Below the pieces are notes generated by a model that did no database searches, was not told where the DNA came from, and saw only the letters and a program-made list of their open reading frames with translations. DNA of 56,837 bases, filler included, from Bipalium vagum (Eukaryota): assembly GCA_037834085.1 (NCBI GenBank). It is 3 parts of 3 records of this genome, joined end to end, with 100 filler letters (N's around TTAATTAATTAA, not from the genome) between each part and the next. Parts side by side here need not be neighbours in the genome. Positions count along the whole stretch, not along the records: positions 1 to 18,140 come from JBBMKC010039358.1; positions 18,241 to 40,121 come from JBBMKC010230190.1; 1 more part is not named here. One strand, written 5' to 3'. The translations under genes and the position numbers were made by a program. Positions 13,760-25,972 of the stretch are shown piece after piece. Position 1 is the stretch's first letter. Each line of letters begins with the position of its first letter.

Positions 13760-14400
13760 ATTAGACTTATTTGAAAAAGAAGATTATGTGATATGCTAGA
13801 AGCCGAGTTGAACTTTTGTGATGTTACCGAAATAATGCATTTATCAACCAAAAATCTGCAAAAGTAGTGGACAGTTCAGAAACAAAGGAAACTGTGATAG
13901 GCAAAGTGACCAAGTAGGCAAGGAAAATCAAATGTATAGCAAGATGCTAGTTGTAAATCGCAGAAGATGAAAAGGAACAAATTCAAATCTATGGAATTTG
14001 TCGGCAGAGAAGGGATTATAGAAAATGAGTTAATATGCTCATCAGAGACAGATAAACAAAGGGTTTTAAATGCAGGATATGATTCATATCGTGCAACTGT
14101 GAAAATTCGACAGTGTTATTCTTATGAGAAATCGTTTAGCTTTCGTAAGGGAACACTTATAATGAAATTCTGAACAATGGAGATCTTTTCTATGGATAGA
14201 TGAGTCACACTTCACACTTGATTTCAACGATCATCGAATCCTGGTAATGCCCCTGAAAAATGAGAGATTTGTAAATTGATTTTTTAAAAACCTTGACCGG
14301 AATAGTTGTGGAAGCGTCATAATTTGGTTTGGCATATGACGAGAGGGTCAATTGTCAAATAAAAATATGATGGCTGATACAATTGTTTTGTGGAAATCTC
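13760..14400 (+). mobile_element. Tc1-like transposase remnant
   Basis: W.DESHFTLDFNDHRILVMPLKNERF and GSVIIWFGI fragments. Confidence 0.55.
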
Positions 14401-14689
14401 GTTTTATAATGTTATAATTTTTGTGGACAAGTATATAATGACTATTGGAATGGAGATGTTTTGAAAGAATCAAAACATTACGAAAAACGATATCCAGTGA
14501 CGAATATCAGATCAAAGAACAATTTTATGTGTTTATAATTCATTGCGAGCAACTGGATCATTTTCAAAACAGAAATCTTTCATAAAAAAGCACACTACAG
14601 GGATTTTAAACATGTAATTTATTATATTGATGTTATCATATTATAAACGATTAATTCGAATGCTTCCAATTTAACAAAGATAAACAATG

Positions 14690-14937
14690 CAATCCACGAA
14701 AAGCGTCCAAGATTGGAAAATCTGAAGGCTGTTGTCTACCAACACGACAATACCAGACCTCATATATATATGACTTGACATTGACACTTTGACAATAAAC
14801 CCCAGAAGTTCTACAAACGTAGCATCATAAATTTTGTGGAAAGATGGAGAAAGATCATTAATAATAATGGTGAACATAATTGATTAAAATTGTTTCTGTC
14901 AATAAAAAAAGCGCCTGAATTTTCCTGCCAACCAATA
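14690..14937 (+). mobile_element. mariner 3' fragment with TIR
   Basis: IHEKRPRLENLKAVVYQHDNTRPH, followed by a TIR-like end TTTTCCTGCCAACCAATA. Confidence 0.65.
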
Positions 14938-15282
14938 ATTGGTAGTTGGAATTACGAACATTTTTAGAATTTTTTTCATAAATTTACTTTTAGTCAAATT
15001 TGCTTTATTAACTACTACATTACTGTACAAACAAGTACCTTGAATGATAAACAGATTTAGTATTTTTATTACTTAATATCTCAGAAAAGGTTGAAGATCA
15101 TATTGAAATTTAATAAATATTAGTTCTCGTGAATATTATTTGCTTTATTCAAGGAATTATATTGTAGAACCTAACCATACAGAAAAATATTAAGTCAGAT
15201 AAGCGTAGCTGATTAAAATTAACATATTAGCAATATTGATCAAACACTTCACAGTTATTTAAGGATGCAAATTATTCAAGTA

Positions 15283-16261
15283 TTAGGTGAGTCAGAAAGT
15301 AACCTCGTTTTTCTAATTGTTAAAATTAATTGCTAATTATTGATAATTTTATTGTTGTTTTAATAATATTGATATAGAAATATTTGAAGCGCAAAATTTG
15401 AAGTATAAGAAGTCATAATTATTTTTTAGATTATAATTTTTATAATTCAATGGCTACGTTTGTCCCGACTAAGCAAAATGTCCGAAATTGGCTCCTGTAC
15501 GAATGTCTTCGTGGATCTACGGCCTACTAGCTGCCGCTAATATTAATGACGTAAATAAAGAAGCCATTAATATTTGCCAAGCACAGGAATGGTTTGCCAG
15601 ATTCAGGTCTGGTGACTTCAATCTCAATGACCATGAAAGAAGTGGACGTCCACCAACGACTGACGACGCATTATTGAAAGAACTCACAAGTAGCAATTCA
15701 CGATTAACGACTGAACAGGTGTCAAAAACCCTCGGCTGCAGTCCTACTACAGTTAAGACCCACTTACATATGATTGGAAAGTCATTTAAGGTAGGTGTTT
15801 AGGTACCCCATGAATTGACCGAAAAAAATAGGGCTCTTTAGACTATCTGTTTGTCAATCACTGATTCTGAAAAACAACAGTGATCCGTTTCTTCAACGTA
15901 TTGTCACAACTCGAAGATCACATCTAAAAAAATTAAAGACTTAGGATGGAAAGTTATGGCTCACCCACCATATAGCCCAGACATTGCTCCAACCGATTTT
16001 CACCTCTTCAAATCTTTGCAGCACTTCTCGTCTTGAAAAAGATTTCAAAATGAAGATCAGATCAAAAAGGAGATTCAATCATTTATTGAATCTAAATCTT
16101 CCTCATTCTTTGAAAAAAGGAATGAAATGCTTGGTTGACAATTGGTAGGCTATAGTAAAAAATAACAGCGATTATGTGATTGATTTATGATAAATTTAAA
16201 TGTAAAAATTTGTAAAATAAAATTTTGTGATAAAAACGAGGTTACTTTCTGACTTACCTAA
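15283..16261 (+). mobile_element. Internally deleted mariner element with intact TIRs
   Basis: TIRs TTAGGTGAGTCAGAAAGTAACCTCGTTTTT / AAAAACGAGGTTACTTTCTGACTTACCTAA (1 mismatch), TA flanks; WFARFRSGDFNLND.ERSGRP, VPHEL, HPPYSPDIAPTDFHLFKSL; central catalytic region deleted after FLQRIVT. Confidence 0.92.
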
Positions 16262-17609
16262 TATTAAAACAGTATAATTGATTCAAACTCTTAATCTTCA
16301 GTTTTTTCTAGTAGACCATGACTTACGTCCTTAAGCGTATTCCATGCTTCTGATTCATCTGCATCAACTTAATCTTCAAAATCTGATCCGCCTAGGTGTG
16401 GCAGATTTGTAAACCAACGAATTTTACCTTTGCATCACTCAATATTGTAAATTTTATTTTCGGGTACTGAAAAGATGGTTTCTAATAATTCAAAGCCTTT
16501 ACAAACTTCTTCAAGAATATAAATTTATATGAAGAGTTGGCAGAGTATTTTTATGTTTGTTTACATGTGGCAAATTAATTGCATTGAAATCCCAGGTTCC
16601 CAGATGACTCGATTTGACCAGTTAGATCTTATGTAATGTTTGCATTTTGCTCTTAACTATTTTTTAGTAATTAAAAAAGTTAAGCAAAAAATATATTTCT
16701 GAAATATAATCATTTATCTGTAATTAATAGTTTTATATTTATTTTTATTATATATTTTTATTTTACAGCTCGGACTATTAATAGTATAATTAAAATTAAA
16801 TGATTCGTAAATAATTAAATTTTACTTTCATTTCATTTTCTTGATGACAATTTAAAATATTTCTAAAATTAAAAATAAATAAAATTACTAAATTAAAATT
16901 ATTAAATGTAAATTCTCTTATATTTAAAAGTAATATTATTTTTCGTTCAATTTCACAAAAATATGTAATAAAATTTGACACGGAAAATATTTTATTAATG
17001 TAATTTTTATAAGAGTTCAATTCAGATTATTTAGTTTTTTTTATTTACCTTTTTTTACTTATCTTTTCACCAATTGTATCGTATACATAACACATGGATA
17101 AAACATTTTTTTTCATAAATTTATGAACATTTTATACATTTATTGAACTAAACTATCTAAACTTACAAACGTAATATTCTTATAATTTCTAATTATTTAA
17201 TAAATTTAGTTTGAAATGGGTGCAAAAATAAATTTTGTAAGCAAAATATTTCAGTTATTTAAACAAACTCATCTTAAATTGAAATCTCTGATATTAAACC
17301 AAAATTAGCGTAACAGCTGCTGATATCTTGGGACATCATAAACATTTTTAAAAAATTTATTTTCATAATTAAACTCAAAAATTTTCAAGAATATTCGAAC
17401 AAATTTTGGTACTGTATAAAAATATTTATTCTTTGTATTTCTTTGTATAAAAATATTTTACAGGTAATTTGAATGTAAAAATATTTCTATTTTTCGAAAT
17501 TACTGCGAAACTGTCACTTTGAACATCTATAAATACCTGCACTTGGTTTTTATATACCACGCCACTGCTTCTTATTGAAAATCTCTTTACTTTGAACACT
17601 AATTTTTTT

Positions 17610-17643
<34 letters not shown>

Positions 17644-18074
17644 TATAATAATATTAACCTACGTTGAAAATTTTAATATTTTTGTTTAAATAATATATCG
17701 TGTTGATTGATTGAAAACACGAATTCAGATGGTAAATAAAAGAAAATTCAACCAAGTACAATGAAGTAAATCTAGGTAAAAAAGGTAACACATTATTAGA
17801 TGTATTAAATGGGGAAAATATACGTGATATATCATGAAAATATGTTTCAATTGGCACAGTACAAACTGGTCCAAAAACAAGGAAAAATTTTTATCATTTT
17901 TATATATTTATCGAAAGAATTAATTTTACTCCTTCTAATGTATATAATTCTTTTGGAAACTTATTCTTATTTAGTGTTTTTATTCAAAACTTTAATAATA
18001 AAAAATAGTTTTGATCTCCGCTGACTTTTACTGAAAATAAAAAAACTAAATAATTTTTGTTAGTGAAAATTAAT

Positions 18075-18140
18075 CGGAGATACCGGGATTCGAACCCGGG
18101 ACCTTCACATGCGCATGCACTGCTCTAACCGCTGAGCTAC
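18075..18140 (-). tRNA. tRNA-Ala-like pseudogene or tRNA-derived SINE head (5' end lost in gap)
   Basis: Minus strand GTAGCTCAGCGGTTAGAGC (A box/D arm)...AGGTCCCGGGTTCGAATCCCGG (B box/T arm) TATCTCC; the anticodon arm is 1 nt short and non-canonical. Confidence 0.65.
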
Positions 18141-18490
18141 NNNNNNNNNNNNNNNNNNNNNNNNNNNNNNNNNNNNNNNNNNNNTTAATTAATTAANNNN
18201 NNNNNNNNNNNNNNNNNNNNNNNNNNNNNNNNNNNNNNNNAAATTAATAGTAGTGAACTTTCCATGAATGCACGAAGTTGTGTACCCAGCCGAAACCGAG
18301 TACGTGTTTCAGGTGATTACAGGGTCGATGCGCTCCCTGTAACCACCCTAGCCCTGGGTCGGCTTTTACGCGGCTATCAACCAGCGTATCCCCCAACCCT
18401 AACCACAGCCGAATTGGTCCCTATTCAGGTTAACAACTCCATCACGAGAAGGTTTTGGCAATGGACTGACCCGGGCAGGCCCGTTTTTTT

Positions 18491-19648
18491 GAAAAAACCA
18501 TACGCTCACAATGTTTACTTGATATTGATAACCAAGCTTCATGAATACTCTCAATGAGTTCTTCAATATAGCGAACTGTTTTCCTTGTCACATTCTGCTT
18601 CATTATACTCCATATATTTTCAATACAGTTCAAATCTTGACTTTAAACAGGCCATGGTACAATACAATCGTCCATATTATGATCATGTAACCATTGCTGA
18701 ACTTTTTTTGATTTATGAACAGGGCTAATATATATAACAATTTTGAAATCTGGGATTTGGAATAATTCAATAGATGGTATTAAGGAGTTCTCTAATGCCA
18801 TAATGAAGTCATCAGCCTTGACATTATTACTGAAGACATGAAGAACACCAGCACCGCTAAAAGTCATTGTGCCGAAACCATGACAGATTTTTTTCCACCT
18901 ACAGCCTTAATAGCGACACAATCTGGATTCCATGTATCTGACGACAACCTACGAACAACGACGATTTTGAGGAAACAAGGCAAAGGAGCATTCATCGGTC
19001 CAGATAATTCGATTCCAATCTTCTGCTTGCCAGCTTAATCTACTGGAACACCATTGGATTCTAGCCCGTCTATTACCAACAGATAACATGGGAACTTTAT
19101 AACTAGTCCTAGCTCTAAGTCCGTACTTAACCAAAATTTTGCGGACATGTGATTCTGATATATTAATACTCGATGCTTTCCTCAATTCTGCCGATGTTGC
19201 ACAACGATTCTGTCTGCATAAACGATATAAGTATCGTTCAATTCGGAAAGTAAATAGATTTGGACACCCAGACCTAGGACGATGTTTGACCATTCCTGTT
19301 TCTTCAAATCGTCGGATTGTTTGCAAAACACATGTCCTGGATACTTGTAAAACTTCGGCTATCGCTTCTTAGTTGTTCCAACACGATTTGTCCCAATAAT
19401 TTGCCAGTATAATGAATCGTCTATTGTTCGTTTACCCATATAAATTTCTAAATAATAAAATGATATTTTAAATGATTTAACTTAATAATAAAAGATTTAA
19501 TGTTAAGTGATAAAATTTAAATTCGAAAAAATAAATCATTAAATGAATAAAATAGCTTATTAAATGAAATATGAAAATGATAAAAATTGATATAAATGAA
19601 TTACAATTCAGTTTTATACGGGGTGTGTTAAATTTAAAATCATTACTG
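18491..19648 (-). mobile_element. Tc1-like DD34E transposon pseudogene, 3' end interrupted
   Basis: RRFEETGMVKHRPRSG, WNRIIWTDECSF, SPVHKSKKVQQWL, WPV*SQDLNCIENIWS; 5' end TA-CAGTAATGATTTT at 19650. Confidence 0.88.
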
Positions 19649-19825
19649 TACAATCAATATATAAAATTAGGTTAATCATTTTTATTCTAAGCTTAAATAT
19701 TTTCAGTATAATGTATTCAATTTAAGTAATTTTTTTATTTATATTTATATTTTTTGAAATTGTAATCATTTTATAATCAATATTTTTATATTTCTTATTA
19801 ATGTAATTTTTTAAAATAATTTAAG

Positions 19826-22800
19826 CTGCTGCAAGTAAAAAGATACTGACTGAAGTTGCAAGAATTGGACATGATTTCGCATTTGGGTCTGAAAAGTCTG
19901 ATTTATTTGAAAGAATTGTTAACCAGCTACCTGTCGTTTTCACTTTACAGGATGAATACGGTGACACGTATGTGNNNNNNNNNNNNNNNNNNNNNNNNNN
20001 NNNNNNNNNNNNNNNNNNNNNNNNNNNNNNNNNNNNNNNNNNNNNNNNNNNNNNNNNNNNNNNNNNNNNNNNNNNNNNNNNNNNNNNNNNNNNNNNNNNN
20101 NNNNNNNNNNNNNNNNATCAAGTTAGATTTTTCTTAAAAGCTGTTATAATTTCCTCTTACGTTTATTTTTTTAGTTCTTATGCTTATTTTATAATGAAAA
20201 ATTTAATGCAAGTTGGTAAATTTACATTTTATTTTATTTAAATTTAATTTTTATATTTTTTATTATTGATTTATTTTTTTTAATTTAATTTTTTTAATTT
20301 GGCAAAATTTCAAAAAACCGATTCTATAGTTTATTTAAATTTCTATATGGTTTTTAGATTTTACCAAATACTTATTTTCTTAAGATAGGTACGTGATTAA
20401 CTTTTTTAGACCCCTTAACAATGCAATACTCAAGGGAAACGTGGCACAGGCTTATGAAATTTTGCGCATTGTCAAAGAACATTGTTCGTGGGCGCTGGAT
20501 CTGATGAACACAAGTGGTCACACTGCACTGATTTTGGCTCCAGCGTGCAAGGTTCCAGCTGAATTTGTGAAGTCTCTATTACTGGTCGGTTGTCGTCTGG
20601 ATATGTGGGATGACACAGGAAAATCTTCCATTATCCATGCGATAGAGTACCAGAATATAGAAGCTTTGTATGTTTTACTGGAATACGGTATGCAATAGGT
20701 CGATTAAGCATTATTCTGATATTTGTTCTGGCAGTGCAACAAACAAAGATGACCTATCTTCTGTCAAGATTCTGCACCAGTTACTATACACCACTGCAGA
20801 TCGCAATCATGAGCTCATTTAAAGCGGGAATAGAAATGCTTTTGGAATTGAGAGATTATAATGGGCATTATTTAGTAAATGTCAACGAGATTGGATTGGG
20901 AAGTGAGGAGACGGCGTTGCATACTGCTGTTAGCCATAGTTGCGACGTTGAAATACTAAAAATGCTCCTAAAAAGATCGGATAGTGAGAATAAATTTTAC
21001 ATTTAATTTTCTTTCAAAATTTTATAAATTAGTTAATTTTTTATTTTTCAAATTAACATTGGCCTAGTTAAAAATATTTTATTGGTTCGGATACGTTTAT
21101 CTGAAAAAAATTATTTGGAAAGTTGCTAAATATGTTTTTACGGAATTTTTCGTTTCAAAAATTCTTCAAAATCAAATGAAACTGAGAATGTCTTATATTA
21201 AGAATCAAAAAGAAATTTGTTTTAATATATAAAAATATTATATTAATTATGTATCATATTTGAATAATTTTCAAGAAGTTTAATAAAGATCTGTATTATT
21301 TAAAAAAAATAAAGGGCTTTTTGAAATATTTCATATATTTATAAAAAAGACTTCGTCAAAAGTTCAATGACCGATTTCTTGATGGTTTATGATTCATTTA
21401 TCAATAGATCTTTTACAACATTGAGTATAATTTTATTTTTTAAAAATAGCAATCATTGAGGCTATTTCTGAAACAAAATCTGACATATATTATCGCTATC
21501 TTATCAGCAAAGGTTGACAACAAAATTTTGGTACCAGAAATTTTCAGCAATTGTATTTTGATTTTCATCAAAATTTTAATTTGCTGAAATATATTATAAC
21601 TCCATAAAAAGTGGTATAAGGTTATAAAATCTGGGGGCCAATTAACATCAATTCGCTGACAGGTTACGCGACCATTAAATGTTCTTTGTAATAGCCATAT
21701 GGTTTCCTTGACCTTCCACTTATATCACAGACAACCAATGTCCGATTCCGTGTCGTCATTGACATCTGAGAAGCTGAACCGTTTTGTGTACTATTTTGGC
21801 CAAGTTTCTAGAACGGGTTGCGTTATGGAAAGTAATATTTACTACTGGTCTGTGTTATATCCCATAGCAATAAGCAATCAGAAGGTAAGTTTATATAGGT
21901 TCAGAAATCCTATTGGTTTAAATAAGTAATTGTAGATGGCGCAATAAACCAATAGGTAAAAATTACATTTCATGCATGGACTGTTTTTATTCGATATGCG
22001 AAAATCATTAAAGGAAGTGCATTAAGTGTTTGTGGAAACACCTGAAATTATTGTACTATTCGGATACAGCTCCAACATATTTTCATTTATTCACTTCAAC
22101 GACACATACTCTAGATGATTTTCAAAATTTAGTATCTAATTGGATTCATTCAAATGGAAAATCATTTTATTGTCGCAGAATATCCATGTTGTCAGATTGA
22201 TGTGAGAAAGTCATTTTTGAAGATGGTAAATAATATCTATTTTTCATAAAAAATATATTATAAGTGGTTTAAAAGGTTTAAAATTAATTCACCTTTCTAA
22301 TATAATCAATTTTTATTTCTGATTAATTTCGGAAAGACTTTTGTAATGAACGACAAATAAAGAGTCGATCGTTTATTTTATAATAATTATACTCACTTTG
22401 GAAATTATTAAAAGATCATTATTTTAGTTCTTGTTAACAAATTAAACATGTGCAAAGAAACGGCTTTAGATATCGCTATAAAAATGAAGTCAACGCCAAT
22501 AATTGATGTGCTGAAAAGCTTCGAAGCGATTGCCCAAAGTAGTAATCATATCGAAGCGGATAATGTTTAGATTTTAGATCTTTAGCTGTCTTATTTTATC
22601 ATTTGTTTTCTATAGATAGAAGAATCAAGTGATGACGAAGATCTGGATGAAATCATGATGAATTCTTCTGAACCTATTCTTAGTCCTGAAATGGACCGTG
22701 AGTATGATTCTGTTCCATCGGTAAATGCAATAACTTGCTCAATGGAGGACTTGAGCTTGAAGGGTGAAATAAAAGTAAAAATGATTGACATTTTAATAAA

Positions 22801-23032
22801 CTCGATTGGACCGTCACTGACAATTAGTGAGTTGAGGGAGATTGTGAAACCGAATTTTCGATCGATTTTCAATAAATATGGAAATACATATGAACATAAC
22901 AAGAAAGATGTGAGTCAGTTGCTAGATCGATTTAATTGTTTACCGGATTCGGTCGGTGTTCTCCTACAAACGTTAGAAAATATCGGACGTCAAGATTTGA
23001 AACATAAAATTCTAACGAATTTCATACATTAA
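19826..23032 (+). CDS. Ankyrin-repeat protein with acidic tract and C-terminal death-domain-like region (IkB / NF-kB p105-p100 C-terminal-like), 5' partial; exons 19826-19967, 20410-20687, 20735-20983, 22428-22564, 22616-23032
   Basis: Spliced frame gives LQDEYGDTPLNNAI, GHTALILA, GKSSIIHAI, YYTPLQIAI, EETALHTAV, KETALDIA (about 6 ankyrin repeats), then EESSDDEDLDE and SVGVLLQTLENIGRQD; GT-AG junctions in phase. The first exon seen begins in phase 1 without an ATG. Confidence 0.8.
21590..21860 (-). mobile_element. Tc1/mariner DD41D (rosa-like) fragment in ankyrin-gene intron
   Basis: ETIWLLQRTFNGRVTCQRIDVNWPP...HFLWSY resembles the F.GR.IS..GDVNWPPRS..L...DFFLWGY signature. Confidence 0.6.
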
Positions 23033-23872
23033 AATTAATCGATGTACTTGAAACTTCAAAACTTATTGGGAACTTATCTGACAAATTTTCACTTAACAAT
23101 TGTTTTATCGTTAATAATTTTTATATGCTTCTATATTTCCGAAATTGTAGCTTTGAAAATTAGAATAATCATTTTCATAAAAATATATGATTTAAATTTT
23201 AAGAATACTTGTATTGAATTGTGTAGTTGTAAAATTTAATAATGATGAATAGCATTAACCTTGCCTAAAATTAAAATTTTATAAATGAAAAAATTACACA
23301 GTTGTTATAAATTTAACAACTTTTCAATAATGTCAATACTTTCCAATCTCTTAGTTTTATTATGATTTTTATTTAAAGACGAGATCTTAACGACTAGCGG
23401 TAGCCTGGTAAAGCCATCAGAAAAGCTACGAGTCTCAACCTAATAATATTGAGACTCTAAAACTATTTACAAGGGAAAGATTTACTTGATCCTCAAGTGG
23501 GCAAAGGCAGTACCACTAGAGTATTAATGTGATTTTATATTGATTTTAATATTTAATTTAACATGGTTTTTAATTTCATTATGTGATCGAGAAGATGTAA
23601 ATGTGAACGTTTATAGATCTGTTTGCTTAATTAACTAGTGGATTTTTAGATGTACCTTGCTAAATTTTAAGGATTTAGGAAGGATTTAGAAAGCGAAATC
23701 TCAAAACTTACAGAAAATAGACTAATTTTTAGCAATGAATTCGTAGCTGAATTTTTCAGATTTGTGTTTAGACGCGACTTCGTTGATTTTGTTGAGACTT
23801 GTCACTGAATTCTTAGGGCTTATACATTCCTTGGTTTCAACTTTATTTTAAACTGGTAACAATTGTTACTAT

Positions 23873-24230
23873 TGTTCAATATTTAGGGTATCAAATTTAT
23901 ACCTGACTCCAAAAATCTTAGCTGGTGCAAATCAAAACAATCAGTAAAGCAACACTTGTATTTATACCACACCAAAATAAAATACAATACACTGAGATTC
24001 AAAGAGATAATGCACAAGCTTGGGATCACAATAAAATGTCTGAAATGTTCCACAAATCTTACACTATCTGATCACAACACAGAAATAATTAAAGTATTGT
24101 TCAATCGAATATAATGTTTTTAAATCAAATACAATAATGATCAAAAGTTACTCAATACATGTAAATCAAAATGTTAAAGAAAAGAACTCTGCAGTTGACA
24201 ATAATTGTAAGCACGTTTTCTGAGGGTTGA
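23873..24230 (-). repeat. Probable 3' LTR of the adjacent retroelement
   Basis: Lies immediately downstream of the env-like ORF, ends in ...TGAACA on the minus strand, and has a diverged same-orientation copy at 35563-35850. Confidence 0.6.
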
Positions 24231-24234
24231 AAAT

Positions 24235-25122
24235 CTACTGAAATCCCTTTGCTTTTGTCACTATGCATTCCTTTACTTGAGTTCTCCGGAATTCCGTTTC
24301 TTGATAGATGTGATATTCGACATCAGTCTGCTTCATTTTGGTGGGATATGCTTCTGGGCATTCCTCTAGACCCATTAGCGAATATATTTTTCTGATTTTC
24401 GGTTTACTAAAATCGTAGGCCACTAAGGCATTTCCTCTGTCCAACATATTCATAAACATGAACATGATTAATATCATCATTGGTAGCCACATATTTGATG
24501 GCTTTTCTCGCTCTGATCTCTGTTGCTCCCTTCTACGGCTATATGGAGCTCCTCTAAGTTGCTCGTAATCTGAATCGTCTTCATTTCTTGTCTCTCTTGT
24601 ATATTCACGTCTACGATTCCTTGGATCTGTTTCTCTTGATTTCTGCTGTCGCTCTGATTGCTCTTGCTTTGTGAGTAATAATCCTTTCCATCCTTGATGT
24701 AATTTGAGCCATGGACTAAAGAAATCATTTATCTTCTTGTTAGCTTTCCTTACTAACAAATCTAGACTCTGTTCTCCACCCTCTTTATTTATCTTTAATA
24801 ACCTTTGTAATAACATCGTAATACCAACTAAAACTTTTTCTTTATCTACTGCTTCTTCTACTAAGTATCCTAGAACCAAATCATCACTAATATTACTCGA
24901 TTCATCCACAAAATCTTCAATATCGATAACGACCTTTTGCATTTCTTCAAAAATGTCCCGAGTTAATTTATCTGGTGGTTCTCCATCCTCATTTAGCGGA
25001 TCCATCAAGTTGATTAATTGTTTAATAATGTTTTGGTCATCCATTGTTTCCATATCATAATTTTCTTCCTCATGCTGCTTTCGATATTTCTCCGCCAGTT
25101 TTATAAGAAAGTGTCTTCTCAA
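24235..25122 (-). pseudogene. Retroelement ORF ending in an internal signal peptide and the truncated N-terminus of a chuvirus/gB-like envelope glycoprotein
   Basis: 295-aa ORF; hydrophobic MWLPMMILIMFMFMNM..GNA then LVAYDFSKP...YSLMGLEECP...YHIYQ...QVKECIV, matching the L.AYDC...SL..V..C...I...Q...V..C.V pattern of jingchuviral-type glycoproteins. Confidence 0.65.
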
Positions 25123-25129
25123 ACTATCT

Positions 25130-25907
25130 CTAGTTTCTGCTCTGATACCGGGAGTAGCAGTCTATCCCTCCTTGGTCGACCAACCGGATTACTTTCGGGT
25201 CTAGTCTCCCTTACTTTTGCTTGACAAGTGTTACATATGGTCTTATCTCTACTACTTCATCCTGCATCATTCCGTAACGTCATTTGATATTCCCGCTTTA
25301 TCTTCTTCACTTTCTGCCAATATCACGTCATCAGAATCCTCTACTAGTTGTCTTTGATCTTGTCTAGCAGCGATGAGTCCATCCTGCAATGTTGTCTGTA
25401 CATATTGCAGTACTTCAGTTTTTCTTTGGTCTATTCCAATTGACCCTTGTACTACTTCGGGCTGCTCTGATTGTGCTAACTTTGCTTTTTGTTGTTCTAA
25501 TACATTAGACGGGTTAGTCATAACTTCTCGGTTTAGCAGACGAACTGGGCGGCCTCTTTCATTCACTTGTGTTGCTATTATAATAGTGGTTTCATCTGCG
25601 TTACAACCACACTCCATTAAATATTCATTATCATCGAGTTGTTGGCCTAACCAAAGAATTACTATTACCCACTGATTTCCCATAATCTCTTCTGCCATTT
25701 TTCTCAATTTTTTACCTGAGTACAGTAATGCAACTTAAGATCAATTTCCTTACAATTCAGCATCCTAAATTTAACTTTCAATGGCCTCATTTCAATTTCT
25801 GTCCTTCTAACATATCTACCGTATCTTTTTATCAATAGCCTTATTTCTGCTTGATGTGGACCAAACTCCACTAAATACGGTTTTACTTCCTTTATTACTT
25901 TTTCCAT
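25130..25907 (-). pseudogene. Frameshifted retroelement accessory ORF(s) of unknown function
   Basis: Abutting ORFs 25907-25704 and 25707-25267 with the same purine-rich composition as gag and env; no recognisable PR/RT/RH/IN motif. Confidence 0.45.
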
Positions 25908-25972
25908 TTAACGGAGGTGAGATTGATATCTCCAAAATTTGACTAAACAGCTTTGAGATCCTTTCCTGATCT

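Noticed and set aside
18185-18196. TTAATTAATTAA inside N runs (also at about 40166-40177)
   Set aside because: Artificial six-frame-stop contig linker from the assembly, not biological.
18395-18404. AACCCTAACC, resembling a telomerase RNA template for TTAGGG
   Set aside because: Only 10 nt; it lies on the strand opposite the one favoured by G-U pairing, and no downstream pseudoknot is evident.
18265-18430. Hammerhead (CGAAAC), twister (TAA...GGTCCC) and HDV-like (ACCTTCTCGT) partial motifs
   Set aside because: Required partners are missing: no CTGANGA, no AAGC/GAGGG, no compatible P1/P3 pairing.
19856-20241. ORFs containing X runs
   Set aside because: Artefacts of translating through an N gap; the real exon is in another frame.
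23380-23505. Short motifs shared with 39860-39930 and a 9-bp inverted repeat at 23430-23457
   Set aside because: Matches are only 11-13 nt and in swapped order; compatible with chance.
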